Positions 25,726 through 37,085 of a DNA stretch of 64,000 nt are shown in pieces. The stretch comes from Laetmonice hystrix (Eukaryota). Where the stretch lies: contig OZ249436.1 in NCBI GenBank assembly GCA_965235115.1, forward strand, positions 27,840,001-27,904,000. Direction: 5' to 3'. Numbering within the stretch: the first letter of the stretch is position 1; the number at the start of each line of letters is the position of its first letter. Under the pieces are notes generated by a model that saw only the letters and a list, made by a program, of their open reading frames with translations, did not search any database and was not told the DNA's origin. The position numbers were made by a program, and so were the translations under genes.

Positions 25726-28185
25726 AAGATTTCCCTATTGCATCATTTACTCCACAAGTTTTCGTTGGCGGGTTTTGACGTCCTGCTGAAGGCCTGCAGG
25801 TGGCAGCGTAACGTCACGCTCAGAAAGGCAAAGCCCTGACACAGATTGATACCAATATTATAGTGAAACGAAACCGGACGAAACAGAGTGAATTTTAGGC
25901 GTAAAATATTCTACGATCATTTTTTACATAAGTTTTTTTTTAATCTGACTGTTAGACAGAGATAGAGATGCAGGCTTTCCTACATTATAACTACACTCAG
26001 TATAGGGAAATCAGTATAGTGAACCGTGGAACGCGTGAGTGGCCGCAATCTGAGTTTGCTGAGACAGAAACAATGGTCGACTCCATGACTGTCGCTCGTA
26101 AACCGCCACACCATGGCAACCAAGACCGTTTGCCGACTCCCCCAATCGCCGGTGGTACACGGGAAATGACTTCTAGATATGTTTCAAACAACCGCGCAGT
26201 CCGCCAGAGACAAGGCAAATAATGCGCAGTCGCGCCAAGTACAATGGTCCCATCAGGAACAGAGGAGTCAATCAAGAAGGTCACTGCTTTCTGGATAAAG
26301 CGGACCTAGGTTACAAGTCCTCTTCAGAATATAATATACAAGACTGCACTCAATGCATAGAAAGGATTTGCTTTGAACAGTATGACTGAACCATGCTACG
26401 TCGGTGTAAAATACAACAAGAATATCTTCATAAAACAGAATATATCTGTCGAAAAGTACCAGACAACAAGGAACCAAAAATAATCTTCACACCATATGCA
26501 TTACTTTCCAAATTCTAGAGTACCACACGGCAAATAATCTTGACGTCAAGCAGAATAGTTATCAGTATAGAACACTCGTTCTGTGGGCAAAGGTAGCCAG
26601 CCATGAAATGGAAGACATTCTAGAAGTTAAAGAGGCGGTGTTGCCAGAGCTCTCCCCGCAGAGAAGCACTTCAGCATAATACAGCAAAACAGCACGACAA
26701 GGAGCTAGAAGTTAACCCCTGCAGCAGACCACCGGCTTAATCGGTGGTGTGAGGTGGTCGGGCAAGATGATCTGACACTCTATAGCCATTGCTCCAATCA
26801 CAAAGTCTACAGAGCATTGGTTCAACAAACCTTGAAGGAAAGGTTTAACAGGATAGTACATCTACCTGTTACAGTTGTTGGCCAACATATCACAAATAAG
26901 ATATATATTCATCTTATACCCTGAATTGGGTACAGTTATGATGGATTTCATATGAACTATGACCAACAATGGGTAAAATACGATTGTTTTCTTCCAATCA
27001 AGACTCCATAGCTCTTGTTGGGGGCTATAAGCTTCACGACCTCGTCTTTTGGTTACTTTTTGTTAACCTAACCTAACCGTGGTTTCTAGAGTCTGTCCTT
27101 GATTCCAAAGTCTAGGCCGAAACTAGCAATTCATCTCATAAACTCCAAAAGGTTCCCGATCGTTGTGGAATTACATTTCAGGCAATGACAATCACTTGCA
27201 CACAGCTTCCCGAAATCAAAAGGCATCAACTCGGGGAGATATAGGAAGTTAAGTCCCCAGAAATAGCTCTAACGACGACGAACCGACCTGTAACAACTTA
27301 AGATTACGGCAACAACGGGGAAACTGCAATCAACCAAGATGAGGCCTCGACACTGACAAAGTTAATCCATGCCCCCAGCATTATTACCATCATAAATTGA
27401 TGGTAGGAGAATGGATCATGCATTATCAATCGAACCAATGAAGCTGGGAAATGGGAAACGGCATCGACACCATTATTGTAGCATGCTGCATGTTGCAGTG
27501 AATTAGCCCTCAGGGAACATTAAGTATCAATTTTCAGCAGCTATAAATACATTAGCAATAAAGATCCCATGGCGGCTGATTGGAAGATCATTTTAAGGCA
27601 TTAAATGTGACATTAAATGTACAAATTCTGTTCTCGTTCGTCATCGTGGCCTCTATTTATCTCACTTCAGCCAATGACCCCAGCATTATTATCATAGATA
27701 AGAACTACTCCATTCCAAGTAAAAACATACAGTCAAAAATAGTAATTAAAGTCACTATTATTAGTATACCCGTTTTACGTTAGCAGACAAATCGTCTCGT
27801 ATTCTACTTTTGACTGGATCTCTTTTCATGAGGTCACGCATGATGTCGTAGTATTTCAAAGTGCCCCTATAGCCACATGTATGTCCTTGGGGTAAAAACG
27901 GGCTGCCCTTCGGAATGTCATGCCGAAAATACCGTCTGGCTCCACCTGTTGTTTTGTATGGCATGTAGCATATTGTGTTCAGTTTTGTTCTGCATTGTTG
28001 TACAATGTATTCGTTAAGGTTATAAAACAAGTCATGTCAGCCAGGCTCAGGGAATCAATTTGACAAACATGCACTGTTAGCAGGTTGCCACATTCCATTG
28101 GATATGCGACGTTGAGGTGTCGCCCGTCCTGCACGACGATCGAATAGCTAAAACCTTCTGATTGGGGATTAACCGGCTGCAGGGG

Positions 28186-28726
28186 CAGGGGCATATCGAG
28201 GCGATCAGTGCCAGGGGCATATCGATGTGATCAGTGCCAGGGACATATCGAGGCGATCAGTGCCAGGGACATATCAAGGCGATCAGTGCCAGGGGCATAT
28301 CAAGGCGATCAGTGCCAGGGGCATATCGATGTGATCAGTGCCAGGGACATATCGAGGCGATCAGTGCCAGGGACATATCGAGGCGATCAGTGCCAGGGGC
28401 ATATCGAGGCGATCAGTGCCAGGGGCATATCGAGGCGATCAGTGCCAGGGGCATATCGAGGCGATCAGTGCCAGGGACATATCGAGGCGATCAGTGCCAG
28501 GGACATATCGAGGCGATCAGTGCCAGGGACATATCGAGGCGATCAGTGCCAGGGACATATCGAGGCGATCAGTGCCAGGGACATATCGAGGCGATCAGTG
28601 CCAGGGACATATCGAGGCGATAAGTGCCAGGGGCATATCGAGGCGATCAGTGCCAGGGGCATATCGAGGCGATCAGTGCCAGGGGCATATCGAGGCGATC
28701 AGTGCCAGGGGCATATCAAGGCGATC
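28186..28726. repeat. Minisatellite, 26-bp unit, ~21 copies (SINE-derived)
   Basis: Unit CAGGGRCATATCGAGGCGATCAGTGC. Confidence 0.97.
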
Positions 28727-28890
28727 CGTATTATTGGAGGAGAAAACCGGAGTACCCGGTAAAGACCACCAACCATACAGCAGGTAACTGACAAACATTT
28801 TTACGTCCGGCTCGAAGGGAATTGGAACCCAGAGGTGAGAGGTCCTGTGGTCACGAGTCGGAGACCCAGACCACTGAGTCACTTCGGCCC
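28727..28890 (-). mobile_element. V-like SINE head and core; its 3' part is expanded into the 26-bp minisatellite
   Basis: On the minus strand: TGACTCAGTGG (A box-like), GGGTTCCAATTCCC (B box-like) and the core CCGGGTACTCCGGTTTTCTCCTCC, running directly into the array. Confidence 0.75.
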
Positions 28891-28999
28891 TTTGCCACAG
28901 GGACAAGATGTGAGGTATGATGTAACTGGCGAGGCACCCCTGAACATGTTTTTAACTGTCCTTTAAAGCACCAGTCCCAATAAGAGATACGACAAGTTA

Positions 29000-29180
29000 C
29001 AACAGGTAACGACCAGGCTGCTACTGTAAATCGCAGGCAATCTTAGAAAAGTCCTGCCACAAGTCCTGGATATTCGCAGTCTTGGTAATTCCAAGACTAA
29101 CCACGATCACCCAGGACTTGTGACAGGACTTTTCTAAGGTTGCCTGCAATTTACAGTCGCAGCCTGATCGTTACCTGTTG
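29000..29180. mobile_element. Fold-back MITE with TA TSD
   Basis: ~70-bp inverted arms CAACAGGTAACGACCAGGCTG...AAGTCCTGG / CCAGGACTT...CGTTACCTGTTG with few mismatches. TA on both sides and an inner hairpin AGTCTTGG-TAATT-CCAAGACT. Confidence 0.85.
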
Positions 29181-31276
29181 TAAGCAGGGTTTTGGAAAGG
29201 TTTGGAAATGTTTGCAGAGTGATCATTGGGTTTTCCAGCACCTAGAAAGTCTTGGAAAATCAAGTTTTTTGTCATGGGCTATGGAAAAGTTATGGAAATT
29301 TGTCACGTTCCTGCTTAAAACCTGTTAATTTAAGAAAGTAGTGTTTCAGGTGTAGTTTTCGGTTTCAGTAATTAGCCGTCGTCATCTCTAAATTAGCTTA
29401 AGTCCAGGCGGTTAGGGCACTGTTCATTTCTGTTCATATTATTATCCATAGACGCTTTACACGAATGGTATGCAAACCATCTTCTCATGCTGGATGGGGT
29501 TAGGAACCCTTAATATTGGTCACCCTTGCAGGGTGGCAGGGTTTACCATCAACTCTTCATGCTCGTTAATTGAGAATTGCCTGAAGCAACATTAAGATAA
29601 CTTCTGAAGGACTTGCCCCCACTCGATCAGAGTGTCTGCATGGATTGTTCACTTGGGCGCATCACTGAGCCATTGGCAGTAGGTAAAATTAAAGCAATTG
29701 ACTATATTATTGACCAGTAACCACCCTCGGTTCTAGTTTTACCATTTCGAAACCACAGAAACTGCAGGTCCGACCTCACCCGTTGATATCTCAGCATCAG
29801 AAGTGCCGTGACAGACCACTCAGACGATCATGGCGAGGACAACAATGCACTATAGTGTTCCTCTGCGAAGCAAGAAAGCCGAAGGCTGAAGTCTTCACTC
29901 TGGGTGATGGGCATAGGCATGGGCATGTACACAAGAATATTCCAAGTGTGAATATTCAAAGTGTTCCAAGTGTATTCCAACACACACTTTTATTCTCGAT
30001 AGAGTTTGCCTGTCAGGAGCAGGGCCCACTTAAAAGTCTGTATTTTAATTGCTGTTGACGAAACAGAACTTCAATCTCAGGATAACTGCCCTCTGTTTGT
30101 ATCGTTTTCTGAACAGCATTAACCTTCTCAACCTCTCCGATAATCTTCGTTTTTTTATCTTTGAGGTTTAACCTAGAATGTCTCCAACATCATGTTTGTC
30201 TGTGGTGCTCTATCCATAGTTCAGCGGTTTCCATAACAGAAACATGATAATAGTAAGGGCAAGGCCAATTAAACAGTGAACTTGACGTGGCACGAAATTG
30301 TCTAACTGTTCTGTGTCTGTTTCCTTTGCAGATGGACCACAGTTGTTTCATTGGCGGCCAGTGCCGAAAGGCTAGGCCAATGGAACAGGAGACCACTGGC
30401 CAATGCCTCTGACGACGTTTAATCCTCTCCACAATTTGGCTGTCACTTCCCATTCGTGAGTGTCTGTCCACGCCATGCCAGGAAAAGCCGCGGTTTGGTC
30501 GTTTTGAGAAAAACTGAGAGAGCTCCGCCACTACAGACTTCCAGCACATGATGTGGTCACGGTGGTTTAGGCAACTGCTACCGCGGTACGCTATCGTAGT
30601 ACTTGCCATCTTCCAGTGCCCAACAGGGAGTGGAAAGAAAGGTTGGTGGTGTTTGTGGTATCAATGATCTGTTTCACGGCAACGGGGAGGGTTGTCAAGG
30701 ATGGGGTGGGTGGAGGGGCTCACTGTCCTGGGGTTGGCTGTCCTTGCACTAGGGGAGATTGGGGTGTCAGCTTTGATGACAGAGGGCCTGCTTTGGATGG
30801 TGATGCACTGAGCTACCTAAACACAGACACAGGTATTATGCACAGAGCAACCTTCAACATGAAAAAATATTGTGCACTTCATAAACACTGGTACAGGTTT
30901 GTATGCTACCGACACGGGCCTAACCTTAACCCTAACTGAAACGTGCTTTCAGTATGTGGGCAGGTGGAGCTGAGCTTCATTGTTATTAGGAGGCCGGTTT
31001 CGGTGTTTAGCCGAGTTAGGGTCTTGCTTCGAGTAGGTGGGTTTCTGTCGGTACTCCGGTGCTAACCCCCAACTTCAGTGGGACTGAGCTCCTAAGGTAA
31101 GTTGGAACACCGACAGAGGGTGAACATGCAATTTACCATGGTTCAAAAATTTCTCGACACAATTTCACTGTCATTCCTGCAGCCATTCTTTTTAGATGTC
31201 AGTGAAATATTCAACAAGTTTGAGATGGAAAGTCGGAACGGAATATGCTTTTTTTACAACCGGAGGTTTTTTTTAT

Positions 31277-31423
31277 AGCCTAGTTTCCATGTGTACCTTT
31301 CCATTTCTGATTCGATCGTTTATTGCACGTTTTGTATTAAACGTGCACATGAAAACACTCCCATAGGAAGTAAACGATCGAGTCGGAAAGGGATAACGGA
31401 AACGTACACATGGAGACCCGGAT
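31277..31423. mobile_element. Degenerate Harbinger-like MITE
   Basis: Inverted ends GCCTAGTTTCCATGTGTACCTTTCC..TCGATCGTTTA / TAAACGATCGA..GGAAACGTACACATGGAGACCCGG. TSD not clear. Confidence 0.55.
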
Positions 31424-33189
31424 TGAGAAAAGTGTCAGGCCTAGATGGTTATCGTCAAACTGAGTAAAAGCCCCTTTCGGAATTGTTGCACGACCAGTTC
31501 CCGACCACCTGCAACGGAAAATCGCTTCCGTTGCACTTCCGTCATACGTAAAATACGTCTACAATGCCGATTGTGATTCTCCGTTTAGAATCTGTTAAAT
31601 TGACATTAACTATTAAAGTGGATTGGATTTTGTTATGATCGTCCTCTGTCTCCATCGAACGCTGATCATTTTGTGGAACGACATTTAATCAAAACTTAAA
31701 TAAGACATGGGATTAATAGGAGACTTGCGGTGGTTCAAATTCCTCCTGGGATATTGGCTAATGATTAACCTCTAATTGATTTTTTCTTCCTATGCTCCTG
31801 AGACTATATCTTCATACATCTGCATAAACTATAGATCTCTGATAATATCATTACCGATTTTTTTGCTATTTTGTTATCTTTCTTCTAAGAACCTTTTCTT
31901 CGATTGCTAATTGCTAAAAGTCCTTAAAGGTAATATGTCACGAATTTCAAATAATACGTCGTGTTTCAGCAAAAATATATCTGCATTGCGGTTCTTCGAT
32001 ATGCCCCCAAGGTCCCCTACCTGTTTATGTAGCTTTGTATCCGGTATTTTGTAAAAAAAATCGCCAGATATTAATGCAGTCACTGAAAATGACACACTTA
32101 GATTCCGAGACCCCGGGATTTGCAGCCGGCTGTGTTTTGCATCCTTGTCACACGATCGGCGGATGGGCCATTATAGTCCCACTGTTTACATCTCGAGTAA
32201 TCACAGCGAGAGTCACGTGATCATGGGACCCGTTCAAACGATTCGCAGCAGCCAAAGGGGGCCAAAATGGCGGATTCATCGCACTTTGCGGACACTGCAG
32301 TTGGTTTTATTCATGTTTCTACATTAGGGAGAATTTCACAGCTGTCTACTCGTAGTATACATATATGTGTTAACAGAATCAATATGAAAAACAATCAGTG
32401 CCATAAAGTACGTCAGTGGTAAGCAGGTAGGCAGAAAACTGAAGATTTCGGTCGATACCCGCCGTGACATATTTCCTTTAAGGATTGACATATTACTCAC
32501 AGAATTCCTCCCCAAAGGATCGACATTCTGTACGAGAATCTTACCTATAATGGCTACCAGGAGCAATGGCTACCACGAGAAATGTTCATATTTTCAGTGG
32601 TTTCTTCCTTCATATCTACTTATTTTCTTATTTCTGCCACTTCTCTCGCACCAGTACACTGGTTTAGCTCGGCTAGATCGCAGCATTACAATATTATTAC
32701 TGGCCCCTCCAGTAGGCCTATAAAAGGTTCGATCGATCGCGAGGAGAGAAATTGTATGTTTTGCGTTTCTAACTGACGATGTCGTTACGTCCATCTCTCG
32801 ATCCTTCTGATCGATTAATCATAGGATTAATGATCACAGACAGGAGTCTTTCAATAAAGGTAATAAATATGTTTTGAAATGCCTATTCACCATCACCGGC
32901 GACTGAAATTGGAGACCTGTGCTCAGGCACAGTGAAACACGATTGGAGGTTGGTCACCTAATCCAGCATTGCTGTATCTGTACTTTTGTTGGTCTCAAAG
33001 ACACCTTGACGATTTTGGAGTCACGTTTTGCAACCTGAACAGACTGTGATCGATGTAAATTAAAGAGAGTATCTGCGAAAACTGCACATTGATGGTTGGA
33101 AGGCAGTATTCACCCAGTGCGTGACCAGTGTTCCTATCATGCTGCGAGCGACCAATCAGAGTTCGGACACAGATTCTCAGACTGATATA

Positions 33190-33250
33190 CACATCCAGAT
33201 TTGAGAGAGGGATGACAACAACAGTTTATTGACCTGGAAGGCAAGCAAAC
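33190..33250 (+). other. Possible non-coding 5' UTR exon of the transporter gene
   Basis: Strong AAC|GTAAGT donor at 33251 and a CCAAT box (GACCAATCAG, ~33149-33158) just upstream. The coding exon has an acceptor 4 nt before its ATG, which implies an upstream exon. Start position is approximate. Confidence 0.4.
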
Positions 33251-33904
33251 GTAAGTACTTCACTGCTACATTCGAGTAATATTCATATTAGGGTTGGTGA
33301 TAGGGGTTTTAATGTGAAAATTACAATCATTTCCAAGGTGTTTTCAAAACAAGCACGAAAGTGTGATCTGGAGTTTATCTAGATTGTTGGACATTATGAT
33401 ATTATGATAACATGGGCACATACAGTATTTCATAGTCGTAGATGGTTTGGATAGGAGAATTGGCACTCAAGCATTAGAAATTAATTTTGATTTAAGATTT
33501 GTGCCTTCCTATTACATCTACAAGAATAGCAAGAAAATGGCTGAGTGTCACTACATGCTAGTTGGAGGGCAAATTTGGACATGGTATTATGCTTTATCGT
33601 AATATGAAAATCGAAATATGTACTGCAGCATATGATTACGCATTAAATACTTTATTTAGGTCTATAATCTGTGTACTGGGACTAAAGGCATCTTTGCCTT
33701 TTCAGAACCGGCCGACCTGTAAAACACGTTTCCCACCAAAATCCACCCAGATTGAATCCACAATTTCAGCAGGACAGTCTGGGTGACGGAACAAAATGTG
33801 AGAGGAACCGTTCTACTCTTTTGTAGCTACAAGTTTTATATAAAGAAATCAGTAAAACAGTCAAATAGGTCCATTGGTACATTTATTTGCATACTTGTAG
33901 AGCA

Positions 33905-34029
33905 ATGGCGAACGGAAATCTTCATGACCACAAGTCTACAAGTTCAGAACTCATCGGTGGCTATGCGGCCGCAGTACTCGGGGCAGTTGGCTTGGTCGGG
34001 AGCGAAGCGTGTAGCCAGGTCGTCAAAGG
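33905..34029 (+). CDS. EamA/DMT-superfamily (SLC35G-like) transporter, first coding exon
   Basis: TTGTAG acceptor at 33900 and ATG at 33905: MANGNLHDHKSTSSELIGGYAAAVLGAVGLVGSEACSQVVK(G), containing one TM-like segment. The GG|GTAAGT donor is phase 2 and joins in frame to the 34247 exon. Confidence 0.8.
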
Positions 34030-34246
34030 GTAAGTCCCTGTCAAAGATTTTTGGTTTCGGTTAACATGTCACGGTGTTTATTTCCTTTTAGTAGAATGCC
34101 CATACACTTTGTTTGTACCCTAAGGATTTTTTTGGGATGATAGGGATAATAATCTGGTAGGATAACTGCACATCATAAAATTAACTCATACGAGTAGTAT
34201 ATAAAACTGAGATTGGATGCTTGTATTTCTGTTCTTTTCATTTCAG

Positions 34247-35189
34247 AAAATTCCCAGTTTTTCAGCTTAACACCATTCGATGTAGTACACATCTTGTCAT
34301 CCTGGTTGTCCTGGCTATAAGACGCACCAATCTACAGTATGACCGCTCAGTCTGGCCCTGGGCCCCGGTGTGTCTTCTCATTTCAAACATGGTGCAAATA
34401 TTGTACTTCGCTGGAGCAGTTTTAGTGCCGCTCAGTATCGGTTCATCCCTGGCCGAAGGCGTAAACATTCTCACTGTGGCCATCTTGGTTCATTTTCTAA
34501 CAATTGAACGCGTCGGAGGAGTAAAGGTATCTGCATTGTTAACAATCCTAATAGGCATTCTTTGTCTCCTTTCGTCCAATCTTTGTACTCTACCAAAGGA
34601 AGCCCCAAACTGGGACACCGGTTTGAAGGAAGAAATTAGTAACTTGAACCATTCTGTTGCCAACGAATCGAGAATCGAGGGTACATTGGCTTCCCTTGTG
34701 GGCTCCTATGGTGGAAATATTGCTGGCTTCACGTTTGTCATTGGAGCCGGTATATGCGACGCTGTTGAAACAGTTGTTGTTTCAATTCCACTGGGCGATG
34801 TCGAACCTATAGTTAAGGTCAGTTTCCTTGCAGTGTTTTCCCTCCCAGTGTCTCTACTGTTGACGGTGTTCCTTGAAAATCCTGTATGGCCGTCGACCAA
34901 CAGAGAATATTTACTCCTGTTGGGGATCTCTTTGTTGAATTTAGTTGCATACGTAGGTACATTTTACGCTTTAAAAATCATGACGCCATTGACAACATCT
35001 TTAGTGTTGTCTGTAACAGTGGTCCTGGCTTTTATCCTAGAAAGCGTTGGTACTGTGCGCTTATTGCCAGGCGAGGGTTCTTGGCTTGACATTTTTGGTT
35101 CTGTCACTATCGTTATTGGTGTCGTCATGATAGTTACCTTGGACTTCGTACGGATGTCAAATATTTCCGCAGAATTTCCTGAATTGTAG
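34247..35189 (+). CDS. EamA/DMT-superfamily (SLC35G-like) multi-pass membrane transporter, last coding exon (total 355 aa)
   Basis: TTTCAG acceptor at 34246, then a long open frame KFPVFQLNTIRC...EFPEL* with about nine hydrophobic segments. Two EamA-like halves (FLTIERVGGVKVSALLTILIGILCL; WLDIFGSVTIVIGVVMI) are separated by a polar loop. Family assigned by motif recognition, not by search. Confidence 0.8.
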
Positions 35190-36203
35190 TTTCGTACCTA
35201 TTCCAAATCATTATAAGCATTATAGCCTACTAAAATAGAGAAGGCATGCCGGTTAGCTCTAGAACGAGATAACGGATCACTGCAAAATGCCGAGATCGAG
35301 ACACGTGTCATAGAAACTGCACGGTACTCGGCGTCAATCAGGGGGGACGGTCAGCTGGTACCTAGTAAGGTGAAATCGATCTCGAAGCAAAATTTCAATT
35401 TCTGATTATTCAACGATTTCCCTTGTTTTCTGAAAGGGACCTGCTCGTGCAGGCGTTCCCCCGGTTCCATTGGCTGAACTGGGTATAAGAAACATTCGGT
35501 TAACCGCCAAATTACTATTTAATAATTTCTTCGTGAAATGCCTATACCATTGTATTATATTCATTTATAAACCGCTTAGTCGTGGTATATCCGTCGCACT
35601 TCGTTATCCATACGCAGTCGATGGACTACACAACGTTGGGCCCAGCCCCTGAACGAGCACGCTCTGTGACGTCACCGGAGGGGGTTATCTTGCCATATAC
35701 CTACCTCCATGGAGAGAGCGTTATCAATCACGTGACCTGTCTATGACGTCTGGATAAATTAAAAGTTCGCCAACTCCCACTTGCTCTCCACCGATGTTTA
35801 CCAAAGCCTGAACATGCTTCTTGGCTCTAACTGTCGAGTATAGATATCATGAAAAGAATCTACGGCCTAGAACTGAAGATTGTCCATATAAAATAGACAT
35901 AGGCCTATATCTTGCCAACATTACGTCAGATTGTCTTTGTTTACATGTCGGAGCGAGCCAACAGTCGCAGCACCTGCCAAACGGTCAACTAGCAAGGTGG
36001 GCGGGGCATAAAGACGGCTCCACCAATAAGATTAGAGCTTTGAAAATTTGCCTATGGGCGAAAGCATTATGGGATGTCGATTGATGACACAACGGAATGG
36101 CCACGGGAAGGCAGAACGGGAATGCACAAACAAATGCCATAAAATGGGAGTAAATGTAGTGTCAAGTGCTTCCTTTTCATATAAAATTTGGTTTATAAAG
36201 GCA

Positions 36204-36324
36204 TTAGATCCTGGTCGTTGGTGGTCTCCCTCGGGTCTGGTGTCAGATAACCCTTCCCGAGGGACGAAACCCCTCGGTTATCTGACACCAGACCCGAGGG
36301 CGACCACCAACGACCAGGATCTAA
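36204..36324. repeat. Long inverted repeat (49-bp arms, 1 mismatch) with an inner mini-hairpin
   Basis: TTAGATCCTGGTCGTTGGTGGTCTCCCTCGGGTCTGGTGTCAGATAACC at 36204-36252 and its reverse complement at 36276-36324. The spacer contains CCGAGGG-ACGAAAC-CCCTCGG. Confidence 0.9.
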
Positions 36325-36793
36325 CCCCTAAATAACATAATGTATAACATTAAAATTTTGCCATGTCCCAAATAGTATGTGTATCGTATTCGTAATCAAT
36401 TTTCTTCTTTATATAATAGCTATAACTTTATGAGAGATGAAGCCATTCATCTCACTTCAACCGCCACAGGCGATTTCTCATCATGTTTGGGTTGCTCGAA
36501 CAAATCCATTCTTGTATGGAACTGTCAGATGTAACGGTATCAGTGTTTATGATGCTCTTGTTAATAGAGTACTACGAGACTGTATGTTCACTGGATCGAA
36601 GTAAGAGCCACCTTAGAAAATATCTTTTGTAAAATTACATGAGTCCTTTGGGGGTTGCCCTGATATTTTCGTGTACATTATAATCTATATAATATAATAT
36701 CTATATCTACAATATTCTAATGAAAGCAAGCAAGAACTCGTATCACTGTATCCAATACTATGATAATAAAATTGTTTAGTAGCAGTAGCATTG

Positions 36794-36794
<1 letters not shown>

Positions 36795-36859
<65 letters not shown>
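36795..36859. repeat. (TAG)n microsatellite
   Basis: About 21 perfect TAG units. Confidence 0.97.
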
Positions 36860-36860
<1 letters not shown>

Positions 36861-36974
36861 GAGTAGTACTATACCTACCCCTACCGGTGTCAAAGCCCAT
36901 CTAAGTTGGTTGCTTAATTGAAGGAGTTTACCTTCATTTCCAATACTTTATAGTGAAGCCTGCATTGTTGTTCA

Positions 36975-37085
36975 GGTTCATGACCTTCCAGCTGTGGTAC
37001 CACGGGCCCATCGTTCTCACTCCCCCTCCCCAGTGCTCCATACCTGGGTGATCAAAGGCGTTGGTATGTCTAGCCGTTTCTGAAG
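36975..37085 (+). mobile_element. Possible Meta-domain SINE fragment
   Basis: CCCAGTGCTCCATACCTGGGTGATCAAAGGCGTTGGTATGTCTAGCCGT resembles my recollection of the Meta-SINE core (CCAGTGCTCCACGACTGG...AAAGGCCGTGGTATGTG). Short and degenerate. Confidence 0.4.

Noticed and set aside
28208..28787. Long Cys-containing repetitive ORFs in all three + frames
   Set aside because: Artefact of a stop-free 26-bp minisatellite derived from a SINE.
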